53,683 nt of DNA, filler included, from Sphacelaria rigidula (GCA_964200075.2; 4 parts of 4 records of this genome joined end to end with filler, not necessarily neighbours in it), one strand, 5' to 3'; shown: positions 26,467 to 40,240, counted from the whole stretch's first letter. Translations and numbers: made by a program. The notes: a model not told the origin generated them from the sequence alone.

Positions 26467-26796
26467 CTGTTTCGTTCGAGAGTTTAGAAGCATAGGCGGC
26501 GGATAGGGGGCCGCGGAGACGAGGAGGGTGTCGATCAGGCGGTGCAGTGCACCAAGGTTTGAAGGGTAGAAAACGTGACACGCACACTGTTGCCGACAGC
26601 TCCATACCTGACAGACATGAAGAAGCTGCAATCTGAAACGTGATCAGCTTCAAGCACAGTGTTTTGAGGAGAGAGGGGGGAGATGAATAATAAGCAAGAA
26701 ATTCCGAGGGGAGGGGTGGGGGGGGGGGGGGGGGGGGGCACTTTTTTTGTTTCCCTTTTTCGTTTGGCCCTTTCCCCACCCACCCCTTTGGGCCGG

Positions 26797-26896
26797 NNNN
26801 NNNNNNNNNNNNNNNNNNNNNNNNNNNNNNNNNNNNNNNNTTAATTAATTAANNNNNNNNNNNNNNNNNNNNNNNNNNNNNNNNNNNNNNNNNNNN
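26797..26896. other. Artificial contig linker
   Basis: 100 nt of N with a central TTAATTAATTAA. Confidence 0.98.
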
Positions 26897-26990
26897 GCTC
26901 ATGATCCGGATCAGTAGTCTAATAAGAAGTCATATCCAGGCAGCTCATGAGCTGTCCGACATGTGAAATATTGACAGTGTTTAGCAGCAG

Positions 26991-29589
26991 CACTTGTGGA
27001 CAATGGGTGTGGCCTACCTTACCCAGAACAAAATGGCCGTGCGGAGCGTGCAAGGTTTGGAGTAAGGAATGAACTGGCAGACTGGGGGGTTGCTGCATGC
27101 CGCACGCTGAGTGAGGAGGGCGACCATCGCCCGGACTGGAAATTGGAGAATGATAGTCCCGGGGTTTACGGACTCGGGGTATTAGCAATCGGGTCGGTTA
27201 ATATAGAGGTGGTAATCACAGCTTATCCCGATGCAGGCCAATATTGGAGCTTCATTTTCTCATTCCTTCCACCTAACCTGCACCGCCGCGCCCCGCCCGC
27301 CCCACCCCCGTGTCAACTATGCACGTGTTTCAAGGTTACGCGCCGACTCCGGGGGTGAAGGCACTGGAGTCGAAGCAGCAGAAGACGGAACGGCGACCAA
27401 GGAGACGTTGAACTTGTCGGCGGTCACGGACTCGTCCGGAGGAGTCGAAGAAGCAGGAGGGGGAATATGCAAGACACGACTCGGAGTTGACGAGGGCACG
27501 GGACGGATACGAAGGGAGTCGTCGATGCCACACCCCCAACATCCAGGGGAAGACCAAAAACAAACACTGTTCCGATCGCCGTTCGCAGAAGTGTTTGCAG
27601 AACCGGTATGTCCGCTTTCCGCTTCGGATAAGCCGCAGCAGGAAGTGTCTGCCTGGGGGATCGGCAGCTACCCAGCTGCGAGCAGCACTCGTACGGCACG
27701 AGTTGACTCCACCATCCGCCTGCACGCGCACTCCGCGGAGCGTCAATCACCTTTTCACTGTTCGTTCTCAGGACCGTTCCGGCCGTTCGGCGTGCACGCC
27801 GACACAAATGGCCCTTCTTACCACTTCGCGGAGCTTGTTTTGAAAGTCGGGCCGCTCAAATCTGTCGCCGAAGATGGCGGGAACAGCGAAGAGAACCGAC
27901 CCGGTCCGCGAACCAGTTTGCGACCACAATACGAACCGGTTCGGTGCGGCGGGGTTGCCCCGCTCGAAGCGGTCGCCGGGGGCAGCAATGGGGACCACAG
28001 CGGCGGGGGCGAGGAGAACCGACCCGGTTTGAGTGCAGAAAGCGAACGGGGTCTGCGTAGTGGGCTCAACGGCGGGCTTGGACCCGGTCCGAGGCGTTCA
28101 CCGTCTGGTTGGGTAGGAAGAACACTACGGCGGCCGTTGGCGTGGGGGAGGGGCGGAGTCGGAGGGAGTGGGGTGGGGAGGGGGAGATGGGGAGGTTTCC
28201 GAAGGGCTGGGTCGGAGAGGCGTGTTGCCACGTCGGGGGGGGCAGGAGAGGAGGAGGGGGCCGGGGACAAGGGGATGGGTACAAGGAAGCAGGAGCCCGT
28301 GAATGGTCATGTGAATGGTCATGTGAACGGTCCTGTGCCCAAAGATGGAAAATCAGGTACGTGCAGTACGGGATTGTTTACTCGACGTTGAAAAGGTGAT
28401 GGTGCGGGAACCACCACATAAAAGGGACAGATTCGCACAAGTGTCTGTCAAGGAATTACCTTTTCACACTGGCGACTCGAGTTAGATAGCTCGTATTCTT
28501 CACGAACAGAAGGTCCCGGATTCAAATTCCGGATCACACCAAAATGGTGAGAGCCAAAACAAATGGTGGATACCCTCTGAAGCAGAGTTCAACACACAAG
28601 GGAAATCTCCCGCGGCGATTGTTGGTTGGACGACCCAACACACGTAAAAGCTATGTGAATCAGGAGGCAAGATTCCAACCGCGAGCCGGCGTGAAGGTTA
28701 CTCCCACAAGACGTCCAAGAGATTCATGGAGGGGGGGGGGGTGATGTAGCAACCACCACATAAAAGGGACAAATCCCCACAAGTGTCTTGTCAAGGAATC
28801 ACCGTTTCACAGTGGTGGCGGTTTATGCGGTGTTCCATTGATTCTGTTCGTAGCCTTGATCAACAATGATGAATTCGGTGTTCATATCATTGTATATGGA
28901 GAAAACGTGCAACATTTCCCGCCAATTTCATGTGTTCGTGTTTGTTGGCGTGTAGTGTCATCCAGCAGATGAAGCCTGCGAGACAAGCTCTTAATAGCTC
29001 TTTTTGCTCTTGTACCTATGGTGGTTTGTTCTTGCTGGATTTTGGCCGAGGGGCGAGAAGTGGGTACTTCATAATGACGCCACCTCATGTCACATAGGCA
29101 ATGGCATTTCTGTTTGTCACTAAACGTAGCACAAGACTAGAGGCGCCTAGGATAGGGTCGGGCTCAAGCACAACTAATTATTTTAGGTACTCTGGAGTAA
29201 TCAGTATTCTCGCTACTCCATACCCCAGGGATGCTGTGGTAAACAGTATTGCAAATATCCTGGGAACCCTCGATATCTTTGGGGAGTAAAAGTGATCAAC
29301 ATGAGCATGTAAGGTGTTCAATCGATACCCTGTATCTCGATATCCGGCAGCAGGCTTCGAGCATCGGTGGAACTTGTCGGGGTTGACCGATCATCGAGCG
29401 GGAGGGTGGTCCAAGCTGGAAGGGGCATGGAACAAGGTTATCAAAAGCATGGAAAAGGGGTTGGACTTCGAAGGCGCCGGAGAAAGCAGCAGCAGCAGCA
29501 AGTGGCCAGCCACCAAGGAAGACAAGGCGAAGGCGGGACGTTCGAAAGATTTCAAGGCTCTGGCGCTGGCCACGTACTACCGTGCGCTG
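26991..29589 (+). CDS. Partial gene, C-terminal region resembling TTC13/SRFR1 (divergent, possibly decaying downstream)
   Basis: Phase-compatible exons at about 26991-27192, 27335-28356 and 29354-29589. 'RTLSEEGDHRPDW', 'GFEHRW...LEGAW' and 'LALATYY' match the order and spacing of recalled SRFR1 motifs (RQISEPCDPVVW, GFDFAI...MTSAW, LRMTYY). The match is from memory, not a search. Confidence 0.45.
28409..28820 (+). mobile_element. tRNA-Val-like SINE, family C, copy 1, with duplicated 5' leader
   Basis: TTTCACACTGGCGAC...ACAGAAGGTCCCGGATTCAAATTCCG (B-box-like); body contains GCAGAGTTCA and ACCCAACACACG. An imperfect direct repeat of about 65 bp lies at 28409-28474 and 28751-28820. Confidence 0.65.
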
Positions 29590-32306
29590 GTGAGTCATGT
29601 TCCAATGCGCACAGCTGATTTCCCCAACCCTTTGCATAGAGTTTTAGATCTTCACTGCAAGAGCTCTCGAGCATTAACATCGAGAGACGACCGTTTGCAT
29701 TGGAAATACACGGAACTCAAAATAACATGACTACTACGCTGAACACACGAGCGTATAGTTGGACGTCGAGCGGACAGGCTCCGGGGCGGGAGGCTCGGAA
29801 TGTTTTTTTTTTGCGGGGATTTCTTGCATCAAACGACCGTGAGCCATATCGGCGCTAGGCGGCCTTTCGGAACAATATCTCCGGCTGACGTTCAACCTGG
29901 TAACTTTGATGCCATAGCGAAGCGGCCAAGGGGCCCTACCAGCTGCAGACTGCGAGACACCCCCCTCCCCTTCCCCTCATCTAACGATGAACGTGAGATC
30001 GAAGGCCAAGAGGCAGTGTAACGAGTGGCTGTCTCTAGAAGTGGCGATACTAGAAAATGAAGCACTGCATTCGAGGCTGTCATCCATATACAGGATAATT
30101 AGTACGCTTTCGGCCGAACAAGCTTGGTAAGATGCAACTCACCCCTCGTGCGATTCGCCCAGCACATCATGACGCTTCACGCTTGGCGACTGCGAGCCTG
30201 GTCCGGCGAAAATCCGGCATGCCCCTTTCCGGCTTAGTAGCGATGGGAGGCCAATCGTTTTGTGACACCGACATGAAATATCATGGGTACACCCTTCTCC
30301 CCCTCCTTCTTCGAGGATGAGGGAAATCCCCTGTAGAGACGTTATTAATTGTCTTGTTGTCTCTCCACCCAGTATCGGACACCAGTACACAAAACTGAAC
30401 AACGCCGTCGCCACCCAGTATCGGCCTGTGTGTGCAGCTGAAAAACGAAAAGTTTTTGTGTATCCGGTGTTTCTGGGGATGGCGCACGTACGTTGTCGGC
30501 CCGTGGATTATGTCTTTCTTGTCGCGCGGTGGATCGAAAAATGCACTGCATGCTGCAAACACAGCTCCACTTGAGAATCAGCTGCGGTACCAATATACAC
30601 CCTGACACCCCGCCAGATATAGACCGTTGCCCGAGGGTACGATAAGTACCCCCCTTAACTTACTTTTAACACCTGCCGTTCTGTACTACTGTACTATACT
30701 ATGTTGTCTGTACTGTAGTCACCATAGTACAGTACTTGCGTGTAGTGCGAGTCCGACCTTTCTGTAGTCCGGTGGGTTGCCAACCTAGTATGACGGCACT
30801 ATGGTGGGACCCCACTGTTTTTTGTTTACTGTACAGTACCTACTGTTGCCATTATTCATGGTAGTGTGTCCACCCCTCAAAACAGGTGTATATCCCGTTT
30901 TCCCCAGCTTGGGGAGGGACGGGGGGGATGATTCACGACCTGCAGTTGGTACCGCCTCTAAGACCAGCTCCCCATTTGTAAACACCCCTTCCTCCGCCCG
31001 ACAGCAACATAGCATATACTACACATCGGTGATTCCCGATCCCTGACTGTTGTAGTGTTTAATCTCAACGTTGTGTAACCGTTGACCGCCGTGTTGATTC
31101 GGGGTCGTTTTGACTTGGAAAATTACGGTGAGGCCCAGTTGACCCACTCTGCGGTCAAGAAGTTATTGCATGACCCTTTGAGCACCTGCAGACGGCGAGG
31201 TGTGTATGCGGCCGTTGATCAAGTGACTATGATGCCTATTCATCAAGCACATGGCCAGGGCTGGACTCTATACTGAGGCGATCTGTCGAACGCAGCTTTG
31301 CGCAGATTTTGGCTTGTGGATCTCGGGTCTATCTGAGATATTTTCGCCGGCCGGTCGGGCGGGAGAGGGGGTGTGTGTGATTAATGTCCCTCGTTCCCTG
31401 CTGTTGTTTTCGTGCGTTGAACAATCTGCCGTGTATTGTAAGTGGTGCGATGGGGGGTGATGGTTGGTATGTCATTTCGGAGCAGTATTTGTAATCCATG
31501 AAATTTTCGTCACTGTGGTGGAAGAATAGTCCAGTCTAGTATAGTATGAACGACGAACACGGTACACACAACATCCGCCTTGCCTCGCACGCTTTCTCAT
31601 CTAGTTGTGGACGAAGAACTCGGAGACAAGGACCGGCGTTGTCTGGCCGAGTAAGCAGTAAGCAGTGTGTATGTGCGTACTTGATCGTCGTGAGGCGTTA
31701 CACCAGACCAGATCGACCTCAAAAGGACCTCGAGAAACATGGGGGGAAAACCTCTTGCTTGAACCATAAGGCATACGTCCAAGGAAACTATTCCGAAACG
31801 GATAATCACCTCAGTAGAATTCTTCACATGTGTCAAATAATAGTCGAACATTCACTGGTCCGCTAGTGCGAATTTACCCGTTGAAGTAATGCCGATCGGA
31901 AGAAACTGAACTATACTCTATATCTTGAAAATATGTCGCTGTGATCACTGCACTCGGCCAGCTTTTTGGGGGAAAAATAACATTTACTTCTGTATTTTGG
32001 GCTTTTGTTTTCATTCGTTTAAAAATTAAACTCATGCGTCTCATTCTAAAGAGGTCATCTTTAAGCAGAAACCCCGCCGAGGCGTTGAAATTACTTGATT
32101 TTAGTATAGAAGACCGAAAAATAAGAACACGTCATTTATGCGAATTATATGCGCGCATCAAAAACGAAAGCCTCCTGCTGTATTTATCAATTTCGTTCTT
32201 TTTTCGTTTTAGCGCTGTCCTTGTTTTCTTCTTTCTTTGAAGGAAGGAGGAGCCCTCACGCAACGCTTACCGCACGCATTCATTATGTGTGTTTGTGTCA
32301 TGGTTG

Positions 32307-35300
32307 ATGCGTTTTGTTTTCAAGGGGGAGCACGATAAAGCGGAACATGTGGAGCTGAACACAATCCGCGATAAGCGAAAAGAAGTGGACCTGAACATCG
32401 GGCCAGACGCCCATCTGGTGGAAGATGTTTCGGACACGCCGCTCGAGGTCGATGAGACGGCGGAGTGGCGCCGCTTAGAGGTACGATAACTGGTCGTCAG
32501 GCTTTTACAAGCACTTCGTATTCAAACGATTCCACAGTGAGTTTACAACGCAGGCTCTTGGCGCGTGTCTTTCGCGAGATGTCGTGTGGTTTTGCAGTGC
32601 TCCCCCCCGGAAGGACGAAGTCGCACCTCTTCCGTGGTGTTTGTATTTCTATTCTTGGGGCCACCGCGCCCCGGAGGTGACTGCGGTACAGTACACACTA
32701 CATAACGATCGCGTAGTTGGAGTGGAATAGTAGAAGTAGTGGGATTCGAAGCCCGGTAGGCTGCAGTTACAGACATGACCTGCTTCGCCGATATCTCGCT
32801 ATGGAAGGCGTCCGAATGATGGTCGAGAACAAAGGCGTTGATAACTATTGAGACTACTCGTAAGAGGGTTTAGGAAGTGGTCATCACCCAAAATCCAACG
32901 TTCGATCATTAATTGCAAGGCAATATACCGAGGCAGGGGTGGATTGATCCCGTGAGACTACGGACTTATTCCGAGGAAGGGTAGGGATTAATGGTACACG
33001 GTGGGATGCCCTGTATAGTGCCGATACATGCCAAGCAATCTCACCGGAACTGTGTGAATTTGGTCATAATAGGGCTGGTACGAGCACTACACGCTGGGCC
33101 GCCCAAGAAGCGGACTTTCCTTTAGCCGGTTCTAACTGACGATCTGTCGCGAGTTGCGCCTACGACGACACATGGTGGTAATCTGCAAATCAACGCGCGT
33201 CTTTCACTTCACGTAGCACTGGGATCTGACAAGTTCCCATCACCCGAAATACCAAACTGTAGTCAGCTGCGAAGTGGAGAGGGTTGAAGGTGGCATGTGC
33301 GGCAGAATTAGGGGGGGGAACGGCTGAAATCGCATTTTCGGTTACAGTCGGTTGTGTCGCGGCCACAAAGCGATGGTGCTGCTCAAGTTATGGTTCTACA
33401 ACAATGCATGTACTTTTGTAGGCGTGCAGTGCCTGAGATGGCACGCAGACGAGACCTCCAGCGTGCCAAGGCGTCTGGTAGTAGTGTAGTGTGTAAACTG
33501 ATGAGCAGTGGGTAAACAAAGCTTGTGGGAAACGTCGAAGTTCCGGCTGAGGTTGTTGTACTCTAAAAACGAGTCAATCGGTTCTCAACAGGAAAGCGCT
33601 GTTGCGATGTTCAATTTCGAGTCGTCTGCTATGAAATATCTACAGGATGTACATGAGGTGTGTGCGAAGCCCCTATCGTTTCCCCTTTATTGTTTTCCTT
33701 CCCCCTCATGAGTTATTGGTGATCGAAAATTCGGAACAATTTATTTCAATACGAAATTGTGGACAGCTCATTGGAAAAGGGGAGGGGGGGGGCGACAATA
33801 GGGTATTTACAACATACCTCATGCACATCGTTTCAAAATTTCGTGGAAAAATACTTGAAATTGAACTGCATAACCGCGTTTCATTTTTCCGTGACTGGTC
33901 CATCTCCACGTAGGAACCGGTCTTCGACCCTAACACGCGATGATGCAGCTCAATTTTCGGTCGTTTTATAAGAAATTTTGACACTATGTACAGGACGTAT
34001 GTGCGAAGACTATGTTTGTTTGTTTTTCTCCGTGATATATTGGCGACTATACATTTTACAACAGTTGTTTTCGGAACTAAATTGTGAACAACTCACGAAA
34101 AAAAGTTGGGGGCAGATGAAGCAATCTTCGCACATACGTCCTGTGCGTCGTGTCAAAAATTCTTGGAAAATTACAGAAAATTGAGCTGCATAATCGCGTC
34201 TTCACATCCCTGTCTGTGTCTTCGGCGGCTCAGCTTGTATTGGAGTTGTAAGATTACCTCATCAGTGCCGCTACCGTCGTTACTGAGGATAACTGAACTA
34301 TACACTGCAGCACTTCAGCTACTGGGTCTATCGATAGACGGATCGATAGACGGATTAGGGTTTGGTGGTGATGGGCGGACGTCGCCAACATTAAACAAGT
34401 GCCGTAACTGAACGCAGCGCACAAATGCGGAGCGGTAAGACATGAAATAACAAAGCAAATGTGCTGCCGTGTGTGGTGTTGCTGAGCCTGCGCCATGTAC
34501 AGTACTGATGTACCCACGCCAATTGTGGCACAGGCCCACATCTGTAGCAGCTGCGGTCTTGGTATGGTCCCAGCGAAGTGACATTTTATTCCGTGGCCAC
34601 CCGCCGACGCGAGCCAAGACGACTTACCTTTGAATCAACTACTCTTTTGAACATCCCAAGAGAGAAAATCCCGCCGACAGCAAGAAGCAAACGCTTGAAG
34701 GTACATACAGTACTGTACTATAGAGAGAACTGTCTGTAGAAAACGTAGCCAACGAGGAAATGCAGTAATCAATCCAACGGAGGTAACGAAGCAGAGGTGC
34801 CTTAACCGGCACTACAAAGGGTTCGCTCTGCGCAAAGCGACTTTACCGGTGCTATACCGCAACCAGCACCATGTAGAGTACCCCACTGTATTATAAGCCA
34901 GCCTTGTTGGATACGAGTCCCGGGTGATGAGTGTGGGATAATTTTTGACACCGCACCGACACTGTAGCAGGGTACGTTCCTTGTATTGTAACCCCTTCAA
35001 TATTATCTCCGGGTCATGACTGTTCTGGCCTCAAACATTCACCACCCGGCTTCGTGTACACCTTGATTGAATGATTCCTCTACCCATTATTATGTTTTTT
35101 TTCAGGGCGTGTTTGTTGACACAATCTGTCTTCTTTTTTTTTCCGGTCCGCTGATGGCACCGCACCGTTAGGTGTCCACCCATCGTGTTTCTGGGCTGCG
35201 GCGACAGTCTCCATATTGTACGTTACATGGTTCTTATCACGTACCTCTACAATCATCAAACGACACTTGGTATACCCTGGTTTGCCATTTTTTTTGTCAA

Positions 35301-38300
35301 AACTGAAGTTCATGACCGCAAAACGCCTTTTTTCTTGCCTCCGACACGATCGCCTCTCCAGCTGGGGGGGGAGAGGGGTACTCGTTTGTTGCTTGCCTTG
35401 GTCGTTTGACCATTGACCAAGCATCCCATCCGAGACGGCGCACAGGGAGAGGCGTTTTGGCTCGGGCTGCGCCCTCACGGCTCATACCCGTGGCACGAGT
35501 GTGGCGGCTGCGGCACCACAATACCAATCCATCACAATGCATTAGCTTAGCCAATATATTACTGACGCGCTGGTGTTTTGATGAAGCGAATCTTGCGATA
35601 TGCATTGTACTGATGAAACCGATCTATACATAGCCCTACAGTCCTACATGCCATGCTGTCGCCGATGGGAAAATATGATGACTCGTCGACGGAAGCCTGT
35701 GGGATTGGTTTTTCGTCCATGGAGTAGTACCCGCGGTCGTTATTTATAATATTGTTATTGGTGCGATGTTCCAACGTGAAGCGTAATGCAGGCGTAGGGT
35801 CAGGGTCGCCGACGACATGAACCTCACCACGCCACCAGAGGTAATCGCTACCCTTGAAGGCGTTTGTATTTGAGCTCACTGTTCATGGCACCATCATTAC
35901 TTGTGACGTTGCCCATCTCTTTCGCGGTGGTGTACGTGCTGAGCTTGAGACCCATGTGCAATCTTTCTGTTCACCTGGTCGCTTCGATTTGCCTTTCGAC
36001 TGACTGTCCGCGCAGACGCACCAGAAGAGCATACACACCAAACACCTCAAGGACATGCTCCAGGTGAGGATTTGCGATAACTTGTGTGATGAGAGGTTGA
36101 AAGGGTGGGCACTGTTACACACTAGGCGTGTCATCATTATGCAATGGCAATCGCTCCTCACAAAGCCAGTTCGTTGCTTGTAATTGCACCTGGTAGTGAT
36201 TGCAGCAGTAGTAGTGGTGTTTCTTGTAGTATTACTGTCGTACTTTTTCCGTATATTTACCCCATCTCTCGAACCTGTGGTCACAGAAGTAGACTCGCTG
36301 TTCAAGTAACGTCGCTATTATTGCTTATATGAGGTGGATGGCAGCATGACCTTTGCCTTGTTTTCCGAGTTTTCCTGGGGTGTCGTTGATTGCTCGATCA
36401 TTTGATCTGAATATTCATGATACATTTACATTGATCAACACTGCAGATCCAGCCGTGTTGACATGATAGACGTACATAACCAAGGTTAACAAATTGGGAA
36501 CACTAGCTGAGAACGTCTTGTTTCAAGATACTGTAATCAACATAACCTATTTTGGCGAGAGTCTGAGTGGATGCCTTGTACACTAAAGTGTGTTTTTGTA
36601 ATTGCAGGACGAAGAGAGGACATCTGCTTTTGTCGCGGAGCATGAGGGGACGATCCTGGACTACTCTAGAATGAACGTGAGTTCGGCTTTGCAGTTATGA
36701 TTGCAGTACAGTAATCGTTTATGGTACACATGCCCGAATCATCAATGCTCAATAAGGGCGGATATATGAAGTATGTTCTCCCAAATTGATGTGAAAATAC
36801 CAATCCTCAAAATCGGGTTGTCATTCGAGTGGACAGCGCATGCAAGAGGGAATACATTTTTGGAGAATAGTCTTCAAAACCAATTTTATCATGATCGGTA
36901 TCAGGGGACCACCGGAAAATCGACTTGTAGGCACGTGACGGGAACAAAACGGTCCCTCTCTCATGACGCGACTGCAAGGCTGAATTTGTGTTGTATACGT
37001 GGCGAATGCGTCGTGAACACGTAGCGAATGAGGTACAGTAGTGTGCGACACTCGATCAAAGCAGCAAGCAAGGACATATCAACAAGATTGCTCATCATTC
37101 GTGTATCTGTTGCTGACTTCGAAAATTACAGGTGTCTCGATCAGTAATGGTATCCCTAATAATATTTATTGATGATGTTTCTGCTTTTGGTTTTGGATAT
37201 TCCAGGTGTCTCAGGTGACGATGAGGCTTCTCGTGGACCTTGCCCTCCGGCAGAAATTGGCGGAAAAGGTACTCTAAGTGTGCTCTGCTGTCGTAGATTG
37301 CTATTTATCTCGTACTTGAGCTTCCTCGGTGTTTCAGGTTGCCAATACGGCTGAGATGAACACATGTGCTGTCGGTGAATTTTGCTTCGTATGTCCATCT
37401 CCCGTTGTGTTTTAGTCAGGCTCTTGATGTTTTATTCCCGACCGTGTACGCATGTGGTCTTGCTTGATCGTTATCGATTCTCTCGTGACTGATTCAATAG
37501 TTCGCGTCGTATCACGTTGCTCTCTTGTTTATCTTTTAGATCGCGGCCATGTTCAACGGGAAGAAGATCAACAACACCGAAAACCGAGCTGTCCTGCACG
37601 TGGCCCTTCGCTCCCCCAGAGACGCAGATCCCATTTATGTCGACGGCGTCGACGTCATCCAGCAGGTGCGATAACCCAACCTCCCTGCGCTTGTCTCCCC
37701 TATGCTTGGCAGCGAACCGTTATTCAATTGTACTGTGGGGAAGTTTTGCCACTTCCCCACAGCGTTTGCGGTCCGCTCAACCCTCTGACCGAGGGGTATT
37801 TGGGATCTCTAGTGTAGGAGCAACTGCATGCAGGAATCAGTGCGTAAAGTGTTGCATGGGTAACATGGAATCCGATTGTGATGGTATTCTACGGCAGTTC
37901 CGGGAAATAAGGTTTGGAGGGACTTTGTCAAAGTGACGTTTTTCATCTTTTGTGTATAGCATTCCGAATGAACTGTCACACAGCACGCCGTTTTTCAGCG
38001 AAGATTCTTCTTCTTTTAGTACCGTTCGTTCACGGTGTTTGACAAGCTGGTGTATCACTCTCATCTCTTATGTCACGTTATTTTATATTTTTCCCCACGG
38101 TTCCATATTATTTCTACCGGTCTGCTCTTTGGCGATAAGTTGGACACGACCCCGCAAACGCGATGTGCTATTTTGATCAAGAAGCGTCGAATTGGGGCAA
38201 TGCTTGATTTAGTTGACGTGCTTCACCCAGGTGTGGTTTTGTGCTTCTTCACAAGCGGCGCATGCATCATCCATCAATATTGTACAATCCCTCTGTAGGT

Positions 38301-39861
38301 GCACGATTCGTTGGACAAAGTGAGGGAGTTCTCGGAGGCTGTGAGGAAGGGAAAGAAGAGAGGCGCTACTGGCAAGATGCTCAAAAACATTGTGGCGGTC
38401 GGCATCGGAGGCAGTTATCTGGGACCCGAGTTCGTGCACGAGGTATGGCGTCTATTTGGTATATTATTATTATGTGATGATGATGATGATGATGTTGTTG
38501 TTGTTGTTAATGTGAATGTTAATGTTAATGTTATTGGTATTGTTATCACCCCAGCGTCGCCATGCTTCCAACCACTCTCTTTCCTCGACATGAGGATGAA
38601 TGTGCGGTGTCAATGGATGAACTCGTCTCTTTCTCTGTCTCTCTCCTGTTCCACTCCTTAAATGGCGTTACATGTTGGTAAGACGGAGTGGATCAGCGCT
38701 CATGCACCGCACCGCACCCTCTTGGGCCATATATAATTTCTCCGCTCTCCCTCACGTCCTAATGTTTTCGACGACCGGAATCAGACACTTTTTCAAGGGA
38801 CAAAGAAAGGTACTGAAGCAACATCCGCCAGGAATCGAGCCCGAAATGTCACGATCCACTCCCACGTGGTTTCAGTTGCAAGAGTCGGATCGCCGAGAGT
38901 GTAGCGTATTCAATCATTGACTGATGGGGATTGTTCGTCGCACGTGGAGAGATGGAACAGGGGGATTCTGAAAATGGGAACGGATTTTTGATCGATAGTG
39001 CTTGGAATTGTCGGAAATAGCACAACACGGAAGCGCCTTCGAGCGAACTGGAGGTTCGAACAAGGTTTAGAGGGGGCCTCCGGTCACTCCAAAGTGCCTT
39101 CGCGGGTTTCCATTTCTCACACTCCCGAACACCATCGAATATGTTCGTTCCTTGTTTTTTCTCTTCAATTCCCTGTCGTGTCGTGCTCTCGAACGAGGTT
39201 ACAAGTTGCTTGTGTGTCCAGGGCAAGTGCACCGAAGCTTCGGAAAGGAAACTTATCAAACCTAGAGAAGATTATGTTGCACATGTTGCAGTGGTGTATG
39301 TTGTTGCCTTAAGATGTTGTGACCACGGCTGTATTTCTCGGCAAATTGATGAGTCGTTGGACGACAACTGCAGACAGTACCGAGAATCAAAATCCATCCA
39401 TCCATGAGACAATGTTGTTGTTATCGCTTGTTATCCCCTGTCTTGTGTTACTCATAGTCGATGGCTGTCCGTCGATCTGGCGGAGCTGTTTGTTGCCCAT
39501 CCTTTTGTAGTCATTCTGCCTGTTGTTTTTGCGGTACGCTGCTGCAGCCGTTGCATCCCTTGGGGATTTTTTTCCGGAGATAAATTTTGAGTCTCACGCC
39601 AGGAGACGTTTTGTCTTTCACTATTTTCACTACTTCAAAATTCCGCCTCGTACTTGCTTGACGCACGCCGACACTACTGCAGGCTTTCAAGACACAAGAG
39701 TACCCGGAAAGGGAACATTCCGAAAAGTACAGGCTACGGTTCCTGTCCAATGTCGATCCTGTGGACGTGAGGCGGACGTTATACGACCTTGACCCCGAGG
39801 AGACGTTGGTGGTTGTCATCTCCAAGACATTCACGACCGCGGAAACAATGCTCAACGCCAG
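32307..39861 (+). CDS. GPI: Glucose-6-phosphate isomerase, 3'-partial
   Basis: In-phase exons: 32307 (or 32325)-32480, 36016-36063, 36608-36676, 37206-37268, 37540-37665, 38299-38442, 39683-39861. Hallmarks: 'LDYSR', '[21 protein letters not shown]', '[10 protein letters not shown]', 'FLSNVDP', '[16 protein letters not shown]'. Confidence 0.95.
33596..34198. mobile_element. Two tandem foldback/MITE-like units in GPI intron 1
   Basis: Inverted arms of about 75 bp at 33937-34009 and 34125-34198 (GCAGCTCAATTTTC...CAGGACGTATGTGCGAAGA and its reverse complement). A related, more diverged pair lies at about 33596-33678 and 33793-33878. Confidence 0.7.
38461..38535. repeat. Compound microsatellite (ATT)n(GAT)n(GTT)n(AATGTT)n
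   Basis: Directly visible in a GPI intron. Confidence 0.9.
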
Positions 39862-40240
39862 GTACACTGTGTCTCAGGATTTGTTCTTGCGTCTTTTTTT
39901 TTGCTTCCGGATGTCATGGCCATTCTATCATCCGCTTATTAAGAAGAGTTGCTTGCTAACAGGACCTGTTGATTGCGTCCATATCAGCGGGCCTGTTGGA
40001 ATCATCAGGACCGCGTCAGATGGAGCATGACAGATCTGCGGAATAATTGGGTGTTGGTAGGTGCGGTGGAACGCGTACTTGAGTGATGTTACAATAGCCC
40101 CTCCACGCTACTCACTGCGTAAGCTAGGCAACGAGGTTACCGGTTTTTTTTTGCGCGCTTGCGTTTTTTTTTGCGGTAACCATGATGGTAGCCGAGCTCG
40201 ATCATGTTGTGCGGCGTGGGAGAACCTCAACTCCGCACAA

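Noticed and set aside
28299-28331. 12-bp VNGH tandem repeat in an exon
   Set aside because: A trivial slippage repeat in a disordered region.
31941-32240. Hydrophobic 99-aa ORF upstream of GPI
   Set aside because: AT-rich, GTG start and no clear splice link, so it is likely non-coding.
38820-38930. tRNA-like sequence on the minus strand (GGGCTCGATTCC)
   Set aside because: Only a degenerate B box, with no second copy in the window and no cloverleaf.
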